DNA from: Laetmonice hystrix
Lineage: Eukaryota
Length of the DNA stretch: 64,000 bases
Direction: 5' to 3'
Assembly (NCBI GenBank): GCA_965235115.1
Contig: OZ249436.1
Location: 41,602,001-41,666,000, forward strand
In this document: piece after piece, positions 59,675 to 64,000 of the stretch
Layout: every line of letters begins with the position of its first letter
How positions within the stretch are numbered: the first letter of the stretch is position 1
Translations under genes and position numbers: made by a program
The notes under the pieces: model-generated
What the model saw: only the letters and a program-made list of their open reading frames with translations
What the model was told of the DNA's origin: nothing
Database searches by the model: none

Positions 59675-61439
59675 AGGAATGAAATGTACTCTAACTGAAT
59701 TGTTTTCGTTACATGTAGTTTCCGGAAGGAATCTACAGAAGGGGGGGGGGGGGCTTAGTGTGTGTTACAATGTTTATTTGATATTGATAATATATATTTT
59801 CTCTTTTTGGTCACAAACAAGGTTTAAAGAATCCGTCCATTAAGATTAATGCCTGTCATTCATGTAGGTTTTCCGACGTACCTATCTCCAGTAACTGTTC
59901 ACAAGGAGATGTTGTCTGTACAGCATGTGCCTTATGTTGTATATATCCGTCCAGAGTTGAATATCATACGTTATTACCGATAATATAATGTTGCTTCGAT
60001 ATAGAAACTTATTACCGGTACTAAAGAACAACTGCATTATCAATGTAGTATATCCACATGAAGATATGATAATAACCGGTAAACATGTAGTAGAAATGAA
60101 ATTATGCAAGTATTCAGAGTGGAGGTTTTACATATTTATTAACAAGTGGAGCAAAGTCCTCCCGAGTCCAAGTGATATTCTGCGGTTTTTTGAAAAGCGA
60201 TTTTTTCAACCAGTCTGCTCCATTTACAAGCAATTTTGTGATAGCATCTAAAATCTAAGTTGTGTGATAATAGTTAAATATTTGTGATATGCTGTGATCG
60301 TATTAAAACAGAGGTTGACATGGTAATCGTGATGGTTGCTAGATGTATAAATGACATCGCCACCGTGAAATAATGCGCTGGTAGCATTGTTTATTGGTAG
60401 GTTAATGGTCACAGGGATGCATCCCTACTCCCACATCTGCCTTTGTTGCCTCATTACAACTTTACGGGACTGCTCTATGTTTCAGTATTCCATGCTTTCA
60501 TATACTTTATATACCAAGGCAGCTGCCTATAATATTACCTCGAGTTGTTGGGGAAGTCTTTTGCTATGCGTAATGATCAGTCCACAACATGAATGCACTG
60601 ACAATTCTTACTTAATACATGTACAGTCTGTCAGCATCTTTTCTTCGTCTGTCCTAGCTATGATTACAATAATGGTAATAAAGAACTTGTTAAAAAATAT
60701 GTTCTGTTGGGCTTTCCTTATTTTACAATATTTAGCAAAGTTTAGTTCAAGATTTCAAAGACCTACAGATCTTCCTAAAAGGGATTTAAAGAGGAGTTGT
60801 TTCATTTTTAGCTAGTTTGACGGGTAGTTAACGTTTAGGCCTTTTGGCAACGAAAATTCCCATCAAAAAGTATGACTTTATTTTACTTATTTTAAACAAA
60901 GTAAATTCCAAAATGGAAACTTTACGTGAATCACACCCGAGAGTAACAAATCCAAGCCAGAATCTGATACTATTGTATGAGAATGAAACCGAACTGACTT
61001 TGTTACAAATTCTACAAAACACCAAAACTTCAGATATAACTTCCTATCTGTCCATAACAGTAAATACATGTACATACCTGCTAACATTTGGTCGACGCAA
61101 TCCATAATCATCCCAAATTGACTTTTGATATTCTCTCTAAATAACTTATATGGGCTCCCTTTCTTTTATCCATCTCTCTCTTCCTCTCCATTACTGACAG
61201 AAAGCAGAACCATAAACGATCTTTTTGCCACTGAAACTCTGCCATGAGATACTTATTCTGTAAATTTTATGATTCCGTAATATGTGGAGAGGAATGCAGA
61301 ATACCTCATTCAAATGTGGAAAGATTCCACAGAATGCGGAAGGGTCAGAATGCGGAAGGGTTGGCAGGTATGTAATTATTATATGGATCGTGCAGAATTG
61401 AGCTGCACGGCATTCAAAACAGTGCAATACATTGGCATA

Positions 61440-61780
61440 TATACATTGCCCCTCATATGCAGCTTCTTTGTACCAAATTTGAAAGAAATCAGGATTATTT
61501 CACGAATTACTGCTTGAAATGTGTTTACATCCAAGATGGCTGCCAAACGGCCATTTTGAACGTTACCAAAAATCCTTCGACGTGCATCATGCCAATTAGG
61601 CACATGATCTTGTGTTAAAATATGAAAAGAACTGGACAAAATGTTTTTCAGACATCGCCGTCTACAGGACGGATGGTGTTGGGGCTTAAAAGTACGGTAC
61701 CATTTACTACCCTGAATAATAAAAACACAACCGAGCATCATGTGATTGTGACGAAAACATGACTATTTCTAATATTATTT
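61440..61780. mobile_element. Probable non-autonomous Helentron/DINE-like interspersed repeat fragment
   Basis: Motifs gtaccaaatttg, caagatggctgcc, gccattttgaa and ggacggatgg, which I recall from such invertebrate repeats; boundaries not defined. Confidence 0.35.
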
Positions 61781-62057
61781 ACGACTTGGTTTACTATTTG
61801 GATATGGGAGGAGTTATGTTGCGCATTATGCCTGGTTCTACACAATTAACCGAGGTTTAAAATAGTGTGGACTCGTTCTTAAACTAGAGGACATGGAAGA
61901 CACCTGGGAGTCCTGCAGAATGGTGGGTCCTGACCTACATTTAACATAATCGTTGGCAGAATCATGCACCATCACGTAAGGTGAACCCACTAAAATCCTT
62001 GAATATTCCCTTTAATAATTCACAAGACAAAAGTACTTGAGTTGACTAAAAATGCAT

Positions 62058-62063
62058 TTTATT
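62058..62063 (-). promoter_or_regulatory. Candidate polyadenylation signal (AATAAA) of the hnRNP F/H gene
   Basis: TTTATT on the + strand, ~580 nt downstream of the stop codon. Confidence 0.45.
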
Positions 62064-62645
62064 CGTGCTGTAATGACAGAACCAACTCGCCACCAAATAT
62101 GTTCCAATACTCGATTATAGCAAGACATCTTTGAGCACTGGAACCTTCTGTGAAGCAGTACAAAATAATATACTTTACAATTCTTGAACTGAACGGATAC
62201 GATAACAAAGAGCCGAAACCAACTCCTTTTTCTGCATGATTTAAAGACCTGATACCAGTCAGCTGAATGACATGAACACGTGACACTGGATGGTGGGTAA
62301 ACGCCATGAGACACACACAAAATGAAGTGTACAGGGAGGGGATGGTATGTACCATGACTGATGGCATAACTGCCAACTACATTATCATAATCAGTATACA
62401 AACGAATCTACTTGTGAGAATTATGTATACAAGTAAAATCTGAACTCTGCTTTTGTTCCAACCAATTGCTGGACCCACGGTAGCAGTCCTACATGGGCAC
62501 AGTTCCTTCTACAACATCCATTGAGACAATGTCGGCTGTTAGAAAACCTGCTTGTACTGAGTGACCACTCATCTGTTTTAAGTGCTGGCAACATGAGCCA
62601 GGTAAGCTGGCATTCGAGAAGCTGACAAAGGCATTCTATGTACAT

Positions 62646-64000
62646 TTAGAATGCTGTGTAGTTGGGGTTGCCCATGTTGCCTGCTCCGCCCATCCCACTG
62701 CCACCGAAGTTACCGCCGCCCATGCCACCGCCCATGTTGTTGCCAGATCCATAACCACCGCCAAAGTTGCCTGTTGAAAAAAAAGGACATTTGTCATCAG
62801 GAGTTTGACATGCACATAATTATGTTCCCTTCGTCCTTCCCTGTTTATAAGAACTTTCCAAGTAGAACGTAAATATTATGCTCTCACTCTTCCATGGCCT
62901 AAGTTCACTACTGTTATTTTCTTTATTTCGGAAATTTCTTGCAATTCTTATACATTACATGTTATTGGTACTCAATTTTGTTAAAATCTAACTTTACTTG
63001 CAAAGATTCAAACAAATATTCTAAAATTGAAAGAAAAAAAGAAAACTAGGAACAACCTATGAAATTTAAAGAGGAAATAAACATTTGCTTACACTCATCG
63101 AATCCACCTCCGCCACTTCCAAAGCCACCACTGTTCATGTTGCCATTACCAAACCCACTGTTTCCACCGCCAAAACTGGAATTGAAACCATCCCCACCCT
63201 GGTTGCGGGCCATGCCCCCACCAAAGCTTCCCGTTCCCCCACTGCGCCCTGCTGGTGTTGACCTCAGGAAGAGCTCAATGTACCGGTGCTCTGTAAAAAC
63301 AAGAATGCATTTAATAAGTTACAATATTAAATCTGTCGGGTAATTCTAAGCATCCAGTTGTAATATTATGTGATATAAATGTATTATTAGGCCGGCCATT
63401 AAAATCCGCCTTGTTCTAGATTATTTTTAGACGAGTGCATCATAATAACGTGATAACTTACTCATGCTTGCTCTGTCTTTTGTCATTGCAGATTGTGCCT
63501 CATCATGTGTTGTGAAGTCTACATCTGCTTCACCGGAAGCTCGGCCGTCGTTGTTGTAATGGATAACCACATTCACTGGGTTCAGAGGTTTGAAGAACTG
63601 TTGACAAACACATGAACATATTATTTGAAGAGTTCTACCAAACAATGCAAAGCATATTTCTCACACAACAGCACATTTACAAACATGATCCAGAAGATTA
63701 TTTTTAATCTCTTCAGTCTTCAGACTCACTTTCATCAGGATATTTAAGTTCATACCCTGTCCAATTGTTATGGGGCCGATGTTGCCTACAAAAAAATTCC
63801 ATCTTTTACAAAAACAACTTACATCAAGGATATCTTGTTCTGTTGCTGCAAAGGGTAATCCTCGCATGTGGATGCAGTGTCCAGTTTGGCTGTCATAATT
63901 AGTCATGGCCTCATTGCCTCGTCCCATGCCACCACCGTACCGGTTGCGGCTACCATCTCCCATGCCTCCACCAAATCCACCGCCCATGTTGCTACCTCCA
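62646..64000 (-). CDS. HNRNPH: hnRNP F/H family gene (GRSF1/glorund-like), 3' part: Gly-rich linker, qRRM3 and Gly/Asn-rich tail
   Basis: Exons 64000-63823, 63597-63462, 63290-63093, 62770-62646 (TAA), all GT-AG and frame-consistent. Protein [76 protein letters not shown] closely matches the third qRRM of hnRNP H/F. Ends [14 protein letters not shown]. Confidence 0.93.

Noticed and set aside
59882-62645. ORFs of 60-140 aa between the two genes (e.g. 60387..60815, 62012..62401)
   Set aside because: The region is AT-rich UTR/intergenic sequence with no recognisable motifs, codon bias or exon structure.

Overview
This is a eukaryotic (animal, probably marine invertebrate) genomic window, not prokaryotic DNA. 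About 59.5 kb is one giant + strand gene that enters the window already open. I traced 107 exons by their splice signals (210-59674). They total 28,779 nt, keep one reading frame and encode at least 9,592 aa. The product is a predicted single-pass type I membrane protein. Its ectodomain within the window is about 7,900 aa of CxxCPxGxYC repeats (ephrin-receptor-like/GCC2-GCC3 type) arranged in a ~700-aa super-repeat. This is followed by an RRLL candidate processing site, a beta-rich juxtamembrane domain, one TM helix and a ~1,670-aa cytoplasmic tail. The tail has repeated coiled-coil modules and a zincin-like HTLAH...HSPEF domain that lacks the catalytic Glu. The 3' end of an hnRNP F/H gene lies convergently on the - strand (62646 to beyond 64000). 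Introns hold many different non-autonomous DNA transposons with readable TIRs/TSDs. There is also a 62-63 bp minisatellite made of copies of a splice acceptor, each carrying an in-frame stop. No CRISPR, rRNA or tRNA was seen. All exon calls and family assignments are by eye and need RNA-seq and profile-search confirmation.
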